Below are positions 33,191 through 43,467 of a stretch of DNA of 64,000 nucleotides, piece by piece. Source of the stretch: a virus; IMG/VR virus record IMGVR_UViG_3300048597_000133, positions 33,523 to 97,522 of that record. One strand, 5' to 3'. The first letter of the stretch is position 1; each line of letters starts with the position of its first letter. A program made the position numbers and the translations under genes. The notes under the pieces are model-generated. The model did not search any database and was not told the origin of the DNA. It worked only from the letters and a program-made list of their open reading frames with translations.

Positions 33191-33500
33191 TTAGTCAACG
33201 CAAACGTAATCATCACGGACGAATCCACGTTGCCCGGCGCGGGTTACTACTTCATCCCAATACCAGCCTTGGTTAGGAATAAAGGCACGGATTACTCGTA
33301 TGGACTCCCCGTGACGTAGTTGTCGAACAGTTCGAAACGATGTGCCCGGACCCGACCGTAGGTTTAAGGTGGTGCGCGGGTCATTTAAACAAACGTAACC
33401 GGAGAATACGGGCTCAACAGCAGAGTTAACACTGGCAGGGCGTCCAATAAACCCAGGGCCAGTGCTCTGAGCGAGCAATAACGTAGCAGACAGAATAGCA
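33191..33500 (-). CDS. SH3b-domain secreted protein, 5' end abutting the TnpB element
   Basis: LNLRSGPGT...L..GE.I.V...W..V...G.RGFV; the frame extends upstream as AILSATLLLAQ (signal-peptide-like) to the IS end. Confidence 0.8.
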
Positions 33501-34870
33501 TGAACTACCCCACCCTGCTATGTGAGGATGGGGTTTCTGAAGTCCCATCAGCAGAGGTGTGTTGCTTACGCTTCCTCGAACCAAGTTGCCGCATCGATCC
33601 ACAGTAAGTGGCAGATAGGGTAGAGCTTAATTCTCCACGTTTAACGATGCTCGTTCCAAACACCGCAGAACCATAAAGAACCCAATTGAGCATAACTTGA
33701 GCAGCAGAAACATCCCTGTCAGCAGAGTATCCACATTGTTGGCAATGGTGGGAACGCTCACCGAGTTCTTTTTTCTTTTGATGGCCGCAATGAGGGCAAG
33801 TTTGAGAGGGTTTTACTTTTTGGGTGGGAATCTCAATATATTGACCACCAGCCTCACCGACCTTGTATTTAATGAAGTCCTTGAGCTTGCCGATACCAAC
33901 ATCAAGAAGGGAGCGATTAAGCCCAGTCTTTTGACGTTTTCTCTTACTGCCTTTTTTAGGTTTGCGGGTCATCCCTTTGATATTTAGCTTTTCAGTGCAA
34001 ACTAGGCTATTACCGCTAACTATATTTGCGCTGATTTTGTGGGCCCAATCATCCCTTTTTCTGCCCACCTTGCGAGTGAGTTGGGATACTTGACGTTGTG
34101 CCCGACGGTATCGCCCAGAAGCCTTAACTTTCTTTTTGCGATTAGGGGCACGTTTTCTCCGTTTAGCTTTATTGGCTAGGCGGATTTTTTGTGCTGATTG
34201 AGCCAAGAACTGGGGAGCATCAACGATAGTCCCATCGCTCATAGCTATTGCATGGTAAACCCCAAAATCAAGCCCAATAAAACCATCATCAGTGTCCCGC
34301 ACCACTTCACAATTGACAGTAATGGAGGCATACCAATTCCCATGCCGATGGACAATGGTGCAAGTGGTAGGAGTTCCCCACCACCTTGCCTGTCCCCTCA
34401 TTTGGATTTTACCCAAATTGGAAATAGACAAGTAGCCATTTTTGCCATCAGTTAAAGCTTTCCATCCTGCTTTGTCTGGGTATGTCCACCCAGAATAATG
34501 CCGAATTGACTTAAACCTGGGGTATCCACCCTTGCCAGCAAAAAACCTTTGATAGGCAAAATCCACCCTTTTTAAGGTAGCTTGTAGGGCATGGGAACCG
34601 AGGGGTTTAAATTCTGGCCAAACTTGCTTAAAAGCTGGAAGACAATTTTGTTGGGCGAAATAATCTACCGAGCGACCTTCCTGCTGATATGAATCCCTAC
34701 GGTCTGCCAATGCAGAATTGTAGACATAACAGTGCAACCTGCGCCACTCATAGAGTTGCTTTTCCTGGGCGGCGGAAGGATATAAGCGGAAGGTGACTCG
34801 ACGGGTTAACATGGGGTAATCTTAACATAATGTTTGTGACCAAGTATCGCAAAAAAGTGATAAAGTAGTC
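33501..34870 (-). mobile_element. TnpB-only IS200/IS605-type element
   Basis: Right-end hairpin ACCCCATCC...GGGTGGGGT then TTCA at 33504-33501; left end approximate; no tnpA. Confidence 0.7.
33505..34812 (-). CDS. tnpB: TnpB RNA-guided endonuclease (IS605 OrfB type)
   Basis: FRLYP HTH, GYPRFK, GLDFG, TEKLNIKGM, SQTCPHCG...CQQCG, DRDVSAA. Confidence 0.95.
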   Translation of the reverse strand: MLTRRVTFRLYPSAAQEKQLYEWRRLHCYVYNSALADRRDSYQQEGRSVDYFAQQNCLPAFKQVWPEFKPLGSHALQATLKRVDFAYQRFFAGKGGYPRFKSIRHYSGWTYPDKAGWKALTDGKNGYLSISNLGKIQMRGQARWWGTPTTCTIVHRHGNWYASITVNCEVVRDTDDGFIGLDFGVYHAIAMSDGTIVDAPQFLAQSAQKIRLANKAKRRKRAPNRKKKVKASGRYRRAQRQVSQLTRKVGRKRDDWAHKISANIVSGNSLVCTEKLNIKGMTRKPKKGSKRKRQKTGLNRSLLDVGIGKLKDFIKYKVGEAGGQYIEIPTQKVKPSQTCPHCGHQKKKELGERSHHCQQCGYSADRDVSAAQVMLNWVLYGSAVFGTSIVKRGELSSTLSATYCGSMRQLGSRKRKQHTSADGTSETPSSHSRVG

Positions 34871-34877
34871 AGGAATT

Positions 34878-36027
34878 TTATAGACATGTGCGGGCAATGA
34901 TTATGTAAGGTGTATGATACTGTCTTAAGTGGTCATATAAACTGTCAGGTCTATATTTTCTACTAAAGTCAAAACTAGCATCGTGTAAACTATTGACCAG
35001 TCTAGAGCTTACAAAGTAAGATTCGTACTCAGATAGAGAATTTTTGCTTAACACCACAATTAACTAAGTCAAAATAACGTCTAATTGAGAATATACTGAT
35101 ATGCGTACAGTAAACTTCATAATGACTCCTACTACTAAGCACGTCTTTAAAGAGTTGCTTAGTTTTAGGATACGGTATATAAAGCATTTGTTGTTCACGT
35201 GTTAATACTGAAGCGGTTTTAACGTCAACTCTGAAACTGGCACTAGTATTGACTTTACCTAGCATAGTGCTCTACTGAAATAAGGCGGTGATTAATGTGA
35301 ATTTCTAACATGCGATATATTGCTTAGAAATATGGCTCGGTACTTGAGGTTTATACGGCTGCTGACTTTGTCGTTATCAGATATCTCATACACAAGGTAC
35401 AGCAAATCCCTAATGATGCAGCTTAAGAACACGTTGGATAGCCCGTGGATGTTATCAGGCTTAAACTTATATTTGGTAACCATACTGCTTAAGGACTACG
35501 TTGAGAGCGGTAAAGACAATATTAGAATATATAGGATGAGAGTATAGCCTCAAATGATATAGGTTATTGTCACAAGCGTCCAAACATATTGTAAGACGTG
35601 AAGATCTACCATATAACACTACTTGCTGAAACGTGAGCCTGGCGTTTTGTTTAGTGACCATTGTTAAGGTATCCCCTCCATATCCACATATGCTATCCAC
35701 ATGTGCATAGCAGGAGATTGTCGTAGATCAGATTTGTACTTTTCATGTAGATGGTAACCTAAGTACTCTGCCATATAATCTTTCAGGTTTATAGAAGGTG
35801 AGTTTATCCGCCTAGCAAACCGCTCTTTATTGCTATGTAGCCGGGCATTTTGTTTAGTCAACATAAAGAGCGTCAGACAATGCGTAGATGATATCCAAGT
35901 ATATGCGGTGTAAAGTCGTCAGGTGGGCACCTTTATAATATGCTGCCACAAGTTCTTTAATCGTAGCTGAGATAGGGAGAATACTGTATATACGTGCATG
36001 TACCCGGGCGTTTAGTTTGGTCAACAT
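34878..36027 (-). other. MLTK microprotein array C (6 units)
   Basis: Starts at 36027 (MLTKLNAR), 35864 (MLTKQNAR), 35661 (MVTKQNAR), 35483 (MVTK), 35265 (MLGK), 35054 (GTG-LSK). Confidence 0.8.
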
Positions 36028-36063
36028 AGAAAATATAAAGCCCAGAGAATAATCTCAGGGCTA
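36028..36063 (-). terminator. hairpin plus U-tract abutting the first ATG of array C
   Basis: AGCCCTGAGA-TTAT-TCTCTGGGCT-TTATATTTTCT-ATG on the minus strand. Confidence 0.65.
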
Positions 36064-36079
36064 AAATCGCTATCGGGTT

Positions 36080-37150
36080 TTAAGTGCGGAGCACGGGGTA
36101 AATCGAAGAAGGTCGGAAAGAGCATCCTTCTAACGCCTCGCCCGGGCTAGCCAAATACTCCTGCGCTTCTTCACAAGTATTACACCGAGGGTCAACCTCT
36201 AAAGCATAAGGACGACCAGTGCTGGGGTCATAAGTGAACAACACTTTCATATTCTCTAAGCCCATCAGAGACTCCATCCACATGGAATTGGTATTAGGAA
36301 GTTGAACAGTCTTAACATCCAAGACTGTGGCGTTCATCTCTTGACAATACTTATCCCAACCATAGCCAGTAATCCGCAGCCGTTTGACCTCTTGGTCTTC
36401 TTCGCTGTTGATTTGCTCTAATGTCTGAGTCTCAGGACGCATGACGATTTGCTCATCGACAATAACACCACCAATAGCCCAAACAGAAAAGTCGTCTTTA
36501 TAACGAATAGCAGGACCTTTAGGGTTATTCAAGCATTCATTCTCTGCGTCCCAATGTACTTCAACAGGGTTCTCAGAGACAATAGCCACGCCGTCATAGA
36601 CGATGGCACAGCTAATCATTTGCCCGAAGTCCCGCAGCAATTCTACAGACTCCATGTCTACGTCGATGTCATGAGCGATGCAGGCCTCGGCGTATGCTAA
36701 AGAACCTTGTAGCCAGTAGGAGTAGAGAAAATCAGAGCTGAGATAGTAGCGGAGATTATCAATCTCGGATTTATATTCGACTAACAAAGCCTCTACTAAG
36801 ATGTCTACTTGAGCTAAGTCGCCGTCTAAGGGGGCTTCACCGGTTACTTTGTAATGGACGTATTCATCGGTGCGTTGACTAGATACCCCGGCTTTCTTTT
36901 CAATGTCTTGCCATTGCTCTGGGGTGATGAAACCCAAAGAGTTCAGAGTAAGGGCTTTACTTGTCATGTCGGCAGGGCTATCAGCGAATACTACTTCAGG
37001 CGCTTCTAGGTTAGCCATGGAGTAGATTTTTGTGAGAGCCTTTGCAAAACGGGGGCGGTCAATGGGGCCTTTAAGGATTGTAGCGTTGGCCCGCATGTGA
37101 GCTTCGAGTTTCTTAAGGGTAGCGTCGTCTAATTGAGAGGGGTTAGCCAT
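36080..37150 (-). CDS. conserved hypothetical phage protein (DUF6745-like)
   Basis: GPIDR...IY..A.L..P....DSP; P.E.HWD...GPAIRY.D...WA..GV; DPSTGR.Y.L.V.P...T.EEA. Confidence 0.65.
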   Translation of the reverse strand: MANPSQLDDATLKKLEAHMRANATILKGPIDRPRFAKALTKIYSMANLEAPEVVFADSPADMTSKALTLNSLGFITPEQWQDIEKKAGVSSQRTDEYVHYKVTGEAPLDGDLAQVDILVEALLVEYKSEIDNLRYYLSSDFLYSYWLQGSLAYAEACIAHDIDVDMESVELLRDFGQMISCAIVYDGVAIVSENPVEVHWDAENECLNNPKGPAIRYKDDFSVWAIGGVIVDEQIVMRPETQTLEQINSEEDQEVKRLRITGYGWDKYCQEMNATVLDVKTVQLPNTNSMWMESLMGLENMKVLFTYDPSTGRPYALEVDPRCNTCEEAQEYLASPGEALEGCSFRPSSIYPVLRT

Positions 37151-37396
37151 AGATAATTGAAAATTAGGTTAAAGTTTTGGTTGAATTGTTTTGTTCGCCG
37201 TTGGTCTACTTTTTACTTGGCGGGCGCATATCTTATTTTCATAGTTCATCTTCCGCGTAGTCTAATAGTAATTTAATCAGAGAGTCTAACGGTTCGCGGC
37301 TGCCCAACGGAATTTCTACCCGAGCTTCAGACTCTCCTTCTAGAAAGGCTTCTAGACAGTTGGTGTCTTCATTGACTTCTAAGCGGTTGAATTGAA

Positions 37397-39608
37397 TCAT
37401 CCGAAAGTTACCCACCATTTCTTTTCAACTAGCCCAGATTCTAACGCCTTAGCGCCGGCTAAGGTAGGACTAACTACACCGGCTGCAAAGTAATAAATTC
37501 CATCTACCTCGTCGTATGTATCGCCATCAGAATAGTCATGATAGCCAACGTTAAGTTCAAGCCCAGTCGCTTCTTTAAACTCTTCTTGTACAGGCTTCCA
37601 TAGGTCGTCTAGTTCTTTATAAGTTACGTGACCATGAACCCAGTCGTAAGAGTCAAGCTCTTGGAGCTCACCGTCCGTTACTTTTTGCAGTAATTCCTGA
37701 AATTGTTCGAAGCTTGGTAAGTTAAGTTCCTTAAGTTTGTCTTCGTCAATGACGTAAGCACTGTTGGCTTTAAATCCTACACCCATAATATCTTATCCAA
37801 TAGTTATAGCAGTGGTTAGAACAAATCTCGCTTGGCCTTAACGTGGTTAATCGCATCGCTAAGGACTTGATCAAAGGTGCCGTCGTTAATGAAGTAAGCT
37901 TGGAGCCGCGCCCTTACCTCCTCGATCTCCAATGGAGTAGGGTAGGCACAGCCCCGCTCTTCAAAGTCCTTTTTCTCTAAGAACAGAACAGGCAGTGGCT
38001 GACTAAGGTTAGGCTGCACAGATTGATTTGGATGGTGTTTAGACTTCACTAAAGGATTCCTCTAAAAACTTCTGCCATTGTTCAGCTTCTTCGTAGAAAC
38101 CATTAGGTCGCCACGGTCTGGCATCGCGCCCACCGTTCTTCTTAGTATTAGGCGCGCTCCTACTAAGACTAAGCATGGTCATATAAAAGTCTCTAGTGGT
38201 CTTATCGTCTGCTTCCCGAACTGTTTCATCCCAGTCTTTGTGGTGAGTTAAACCTAACTTCTCTTCTAGCTCAGCCACGTACAAATACAGCACATGGATA
38301 GCTTTGCTATATTCGTGGACGTAACTTACCAGTCGTTTGATAGCCTCACCGCAGACTTTATTGTCTGGTGGTAGAACTTGGTCTGGTGGTAATTCTATGG
38401 GTTGTTTAGCTAAGGCGGAAGAGCGCTTTTTTGTGCGCCGCTTAATTGGTGGAGAGGGCATAAGTTAATGGTAATCAGGTAAGAAAGCAACGTCGAAGGG
38501 TCCTTTACTTATAGCTTCCCATTGTCTGGTAATCTCTCCATTGGGCTCACAATAGGTGAACCGTTGGAATTTAATGGGTTGTTTAGTTTGAGGACCAAAG
38601 TCTACTGTGATTATGGATGAGCCCGGGCCATGGGGTCCTTCAATAATGTGACCATGAACAGTACGCTCTTCAACTACGTCTTCTAGTCCATCATACGTTT
38701 CTACGCAGTCCATAGTTACAAAAACAGCTTTAACCCTGGAGCCTTTCAAGAACCCGAGGTTAGCTGGGGCGGTGATAGTGTTTGGTTTATTCATCTGTTG
38801 GTATCCTTTTTATCTGGCGGTCACTCTTTATCGCCTAGAACTTCATCTGCTAACTTATTTAGTCCTCCTGTCACTAAAGCTATTAAACGTAACGTAGCTG
38901 CGCGGTTTCCATCCCTGATCTCCTTCATATATTTGTCTACGTCTATTGAGGAGTCTTCGTGGAGTACTAAATGCTTAACGTTTTGATTAGCTGTAATGTT
39001 AGTTGGGTCATTGGCGGCGGCATAAACAACTAAACATGATGCTGTGTGCAGATCAATGACTTCTTCGTTAGTTCCGTCTGGTAATTCTATGACCTGTCCA
39101 TCGGGATTTATTAGATTAGTGGCGAATTGAGCCGGGTTTAAATTTAGAGTCATATTCTAAACCATTGGTATTTTCTGAATTAATCCGCTAAGAAAGGACG
39201 AGTATTTGTCGTAGTTCGGGTCATGCTTTATGCGGTAACCAGTGGACATCGATAATGGGTAGAGCACTTTATGTACATCAAACTCTACTGACTTGTGCTT
39301 AGTGTATTTTGTTATAGGCATTTTAGTGGTCTATATGTAAAAACCCCTTGTCCTGGACAAGAGGTCGAATAAAGTACACCTCAGTGACCCATATTTTAGC
39401 TTGGCTTACCACCGGCCTCCACAACAAATCCTTTATCACCATATACCGTTGCTATACCATGTCCATCTATGTGGTAACGACCATCTTCCAGTTGGGTAAT
39501 TTCTGGGCATGTGTCATTAGCGTGTCCTGGTTTGATTAGAAATCGATATTCGCCGGTCTCCTTGTCAATCCACATCTTCATTTCTGCGGGCTCAGTTAGT
39601 TTAGTCAT
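37397..39608 (-). CDS. cluster of hypothetical proteins (37397, 37816, 38039, 38465, 38821, 39157-39321, 39396)
   Basis: Co-oriented ORFs; 39157-39321 (MPITKYTK, 54 aa) may be an MLTK-family outlier. Confidence 0.6.
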
Positions 39609-39648
39609 AATAGTCGCTAGTTGAGTGTGCGGTCATATTTCTAACTTA

Positions 39649-40938
39649 CTATCTCCAAAGAAAATCTCTAATCCATTGCAGACGTTGCTGTTCTGTTAAT
39701 CCGGTGAAGTATTTAATATCAGCCCGCACGGCATCAATAAGAGGGTAATACTCCTCATCCACAGTTTGCTTAAAACCATCTGTAGCAATCTTAGAGGTAT
39801 CTGGATTCCGGGCGAGCCATTTACTGACCAAGTAATAAGGACTTTTCAACTTAGAACTAATCCCGTCATCGGTGTAAAACACAAACCCTTCGTGTTTTAC
39901 CGACCTGACCTTCTTTAACAACTCGCCCACTGTAGTCCTGTGGTGTTCAACTGGACTAATGCCGAGCATCTGGCTAAGCTTATCTAATTGTTTAGGTTTA
40001 GCCTTTGGTTTAGAGTTCCAGTCCTTTGTCCTAACTGCTAGTAAATAAAGCCCGGGCTCTTCTGGAACAATGTGCGGATCTTCAGGGCTAACACACTCGA
40101 AGATAAAACTCTTGTTATGGTAAGAGTGACATAACTCTGTTAGAGCCTGGCGAATACCTTGTACATCTATAACATCTTGGGCATACTTAACAAAATCAGA
40201 AGTCAATGACCCGGTAGTAGAGACCAGCACCTCATCTTTATGCCAAGTAACGCAAACCATAAACCCATTTACCTTTCTAAAGGCAGTGACTTCAGTGTTT
40301 GGGTCTAAGACCGGCGCTTCTTTCTCTATACCATAGTTATAGATTTTGATTAATGGTAATGAGATTGGATTATAGTCTTTGTCTACAACACTGCCGCGAC
40401 ATGCCTCTAAATAAGGATTCCATAGCCCGTTATAGAAGACCTTCTTGGTATATTTTAGGACGTAAAGCCCGTTGCCTTGGTCTCTACACTTAACTAAGCT
40501 CGGATTATTTTCTACGTACTGTTTTAATCCCTGTTGGTCAAAAGGAATGTCATCGGCAATGTCATGTTCAAAGCGCGCCCGCATGTTCTTGATTGTGCTG
40601 GCTGGCACGTTATGTACACTGCCATAGTTATTTTGACATTCGATTACCTGTGGCGTGATATTTAACTCGATGGCTAAGTCAAAGTAAGGGCGTAGCTCCC
40701 ACTTAGTAGTAAAGGTATTGGAAACAATAGCGTCATTGCCAGCTTCTAGCCACGCTCTGGTGCGTGCTAAACAGTCGGCGTGGGCTTCTTTTAGTTTATC
40801 TCGGTCGAACTTATAACCATCTTCGGTGTTAAAGTATTGGTCTGCTTCAAACACCTGACACTCTGGGTTAGTTGCTAAAGTATGGGCCAGGGTGGATTTA
40901 CCTGACCCTGGTAGCCCTCGGATGATAGTTAGTTTCAT
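39649..40938 (-). CDS. P-loop polynucleotide kinase fused to Rnl1-type RNA ligase
   Basis: RGLPGSGKST, EADQYF, VSNTF, HNVP; then LKY, CRG, KVNG (motif I), FIFE, EGFV, KLKS. Confidence 0.85.
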   Translation of the reverse strand: MKLTIIRGLPGSGKSTLAHTLATNPECQVFEADQYFNTEDGYKFDRDKLKEAHADCLARTRAWLEAGNDAIVSNTFTTKWELRPYFDLAIELNITPQVIECQNNYGSVHNVPASTIKNMRARFEHDIADDIPFDQQGLKQYVENNPSLVKCRDQGNGLYVLKYTKKVFYNGLWNPYLEACRGSVVDKDYNPISLPLIKIYNYGIEKEAPVLDPNTEVTAFRKVNGFMVCVTWHKDEVLVSTTGSLTSDFVKYAQDVIDVQGIRQALTELCHSYHNKSFIFECVSPEDPHIVPEEPGLYLLAVRTKDWNSKPKAKPKQLDKLSQMLGISPVEHHRTTVGELLKKVRSVKHEGFVFYTDDGISSKLKSPYYLVSKWLARNPDTSKIATDGFKQTVDEEYYPLIDAVRADIKYFTGLTEQQRLQWIRDFLWR

Positions 40939-41144
40939 TATTTAGTCTCGTGTTGTTCTCGTCGTACCCAGTCTTTAATGTAAAGCTCAGTTAAGTCTTC
41001 TACTTCCTTTTCTGTGAAGAGGTTTGTTGTCTCGTAGTAGGCTTTGACGACCTCGTACATAGAAGGCTCAAATTGTAGGTCATTCTCTGGGTCAAAGTCT
41101 GCCTTAAGAATAAAAGGCCGAATATCTGTAAATCTTTTATCCAT
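40938..41144 (-). CDS. hypothetical protein
   Basis: 68-aa acidic ORF between the phosphoesterase and ligase genes. Confidence 0.6.
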   Translation of the reverse strand: MDKRFTDIRPFILKADFDPENDLQFEPSMYEVVKAYYETTNLFTEKEVEDLTELYIKDWVRREQHETK

Positions 41145-41150
41145 GATGGT

Positions 41151-41699
41151 TTAATAGTTGCGTTTAAGAACAGGACGTTGTTTAAGTTCTTCGACTAGAG
41201 CGTAGTAGTCGCTTAATAGCTTGCCAGTAGCATCGTAACCTACATCCATAGAGCGGTACTCCTCTAGCCCAGACTGACCCCCGTGAAGGTGGCCATGGAA
41301 GCCAATAGAGCCATGATGGCATTCATTCCAATAACTAATAGGGTAATGAAACATAGTCACTAACACCCTATGGCTCCTTTCATAAACTTCTAAATAGTCC
41401 TGCACACTCTGGAAGCAGTTAAGGAACTCTGGACACTTACAGTTCTTGTAGTCGTGGTTGCCTTTGACCAGAACCTTCTGACCTCTTAAAGACTTAACAA
41501 TCTCTACTGAGTAGTTGGGCTTCCTAAAGGACACATCTCCAAGAATGTAAATTAAGTCGTCGTCGGCAACAGTGTCGTTCCATTGCTCGATCATCTGTCT
41601 GTCCATGTCGTCTACATCGGTGTAGTGACCTCGAACTTCAGGGGAGAATTTAAGGATGTTTTTGTGACCGAAGTGTAGGTCAGAGGTAATCCATTTCAT
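41151..41699 (-). CDS. calcineurin-like metallophosphoesterase
   Basis: SDLHFGH, LGD, GNHD, HYP, HGHLH. Confidence 0.92.
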   Translation of the reverse strand: MKWITSDLHFGHKNILKFSPEVRGHYTDVDDMDRQMIEQWNDTVADDDLIYILGDVSFRKPNYSVEIVKSLRGQKVLVKGNHDYKNCKCPEFLNCFQSVQDYLEVYERSHRVLVTMFHYPISYWNECHHGSIGFHGHLHGGQSGLEEYRSMDVGYDATGKLLSDYYALVEELKQRPVLKRNY

Positions 41700-42592
41700 G
41701 ACTTGGTATGATTTTGTTTATATTTACACATAAGACAAAAGGCACTGGGCATACTGCTATAGACCAATAACCAATTGGCTTTGTATATGGGTGTTTCGCT
41801 AGGAAGTAAACGATTCTCGTAAGTTTACAGGCGGCTATAGGTATTGGAGCACAATCCTGTGGGTCGTTGTAAAGTCTCTTAGTCAACATATTACCTACTC
41901 CGTATTGCTAATCCAGTGAGAGAGTCAGCTACGGCGGTGTTATGGTTGCTGTCTATGTATGCTGGTAGTTGATTATCAAGGCGTATCTGGTACACAACCA
42001 TATTGAGCTTTAGTTTGACCCGTTGCACACTTATGTGTTTTCTGAGCATCATTGTAAGTGAAACATGGTATGTATAAAACTTCTTAGTGCTTTTTGTATT
42101 GTAAAAGCCCATACAGTTACCGGATGCGCCACGGTTGGACTATTATGTGGTAGATTATGTAGTGTACAACGTCCCAAACATAATACTTTGTTCTTTTTAA
42201 GCATTTAATAGTCAGTTCCTTTAATAAAGCTAATACTATAGTTATTTTGTATACTCGGTAATTATAGGTCGCCGTCTCGGCTTAATCTCTTTAACTCTTG
42301 ACCAAGTGAAACAAAATATGAGTCTCTGGGGATTGTGCGTATATAATTTGATATGTAACCAAAACTAGTGCTACAACATACACTGAATAAAAGGTCGTCC
42401 AGTTTGGACATGACGTAGTTAATAGTCGTGCTTTTAGTGATCATATTTTGTCTACTCTCCTTACATGGTCACCAATTGTCATGAGACATAGAGTAACAGG
42501 TAAACCTCTTTGTTTGATGATTTGTTTGTAGGTATTTTACTCGACGTATTGGATATAAAACTGTCATATGGCTTGAAGTATTTACTGACCAT
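41680..42592 (-). other. MLTK microprotein array D (about 5 units)
   Basis: Starts at 42592 (MVSK), 42444 (MITK), 42204 (MLKK), 42049 (MLRK), 41889 (MLTK). Confidence 0.65.
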
Positions 42593-42772
42593 CACGGTAG
42601 ACTTTTGTTTATTTGTTGTTTTATTGATGACTCTCCCAGCTGTTTAGCCATAGTCTGAATAGTGTTATGCTCTTCCCGTATTCTTTTGTGGTGTATTAGG
42701 AAGTTGTAAACATGTTGTGTATGACCATACAGTGGCTTAGATATCCTGCTAAGAATATTTAATCGTTTGCGC

Positions 42773-43413
42773 CTATAAGGCTTGAAGTACTTTTTTAATG
42801 TCATGGGTCCACTCACTATCCTTTTTAGCTATCTCTTTTAAGAGTTCCAACATCTTAGGGGCGGCGGCGCATAACTTAGCATTAGCCATAGCCTCTTCCT
42901 TAGACAAGATGTAGGAGCCTGTAGCGCCAGCACTTACCCCAGGAGCACAACTAGCAATAGTAATGCAGTAATCTTTACGGATAGCGGCGCGGACTTCTGG
43001 AATATAATGCCCCTGAACGGCACGCCATTCTCCCTGTGTAATTGTGGTAGCGTCAGCAATAACGGTTGTTTGTTTCTTTTGTTTCAAGGTAGGTAGCCTG
43101 GTAAATAAAAGAAGCCCACCGTAGACAGTAGGCTTTATAGTATATCTAGTTCACGAGCTTAATGTTCAATCTCGAAGAAGTCTACTACTCCTAATGAGCC
43201 CATCAGGAAGTCATAGCATTTATCTTTAATTGCTTTGATGTCCCAGAGGTGGTCTACATCAAGGAAAATCTTAGGTTCGTCATGGCGCGCCCAATATCCT
43301 CTGATATAACTCGGCGGCAGCTTAGACTCTCTAAGGTAATGTAACGCCTCTTCCCATCTTAAACGGTCCGTCTTTCGTCCTACACTCAAATGTTGTATCT
43401 CAGCGGTAAGCAT
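42773..43413 (-). CDS. two hypothetical proteins (42773, 43159)
   Basis: 42773 has ANAKLCAAAPKMLELL, a common phage motif. Confidence 0.6.
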
Positions 43414-43467
43414 TGCAAATAACCCGTCCTGAAAAGAAAATAAGGTTCCACTGAATATTAGCTTAAG

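Noticed and set aside
34801-34812. TnpB start MLTRR as a member of the MLTK family
   Set aside because: It is the normal start of an IS605 OrfB HTH region (followed by FRLYP) and lacks the Lys; probably coincidence.
21123-36027. MLTK arrays as a CRISPR-like or non-coding repeat array
   Set aside because: The repeated element is only about 11 nt and degenerate at synonymous positions, spacing is 165-230 nt, and nearly every unit is an open frame. This fits protein-coding units.
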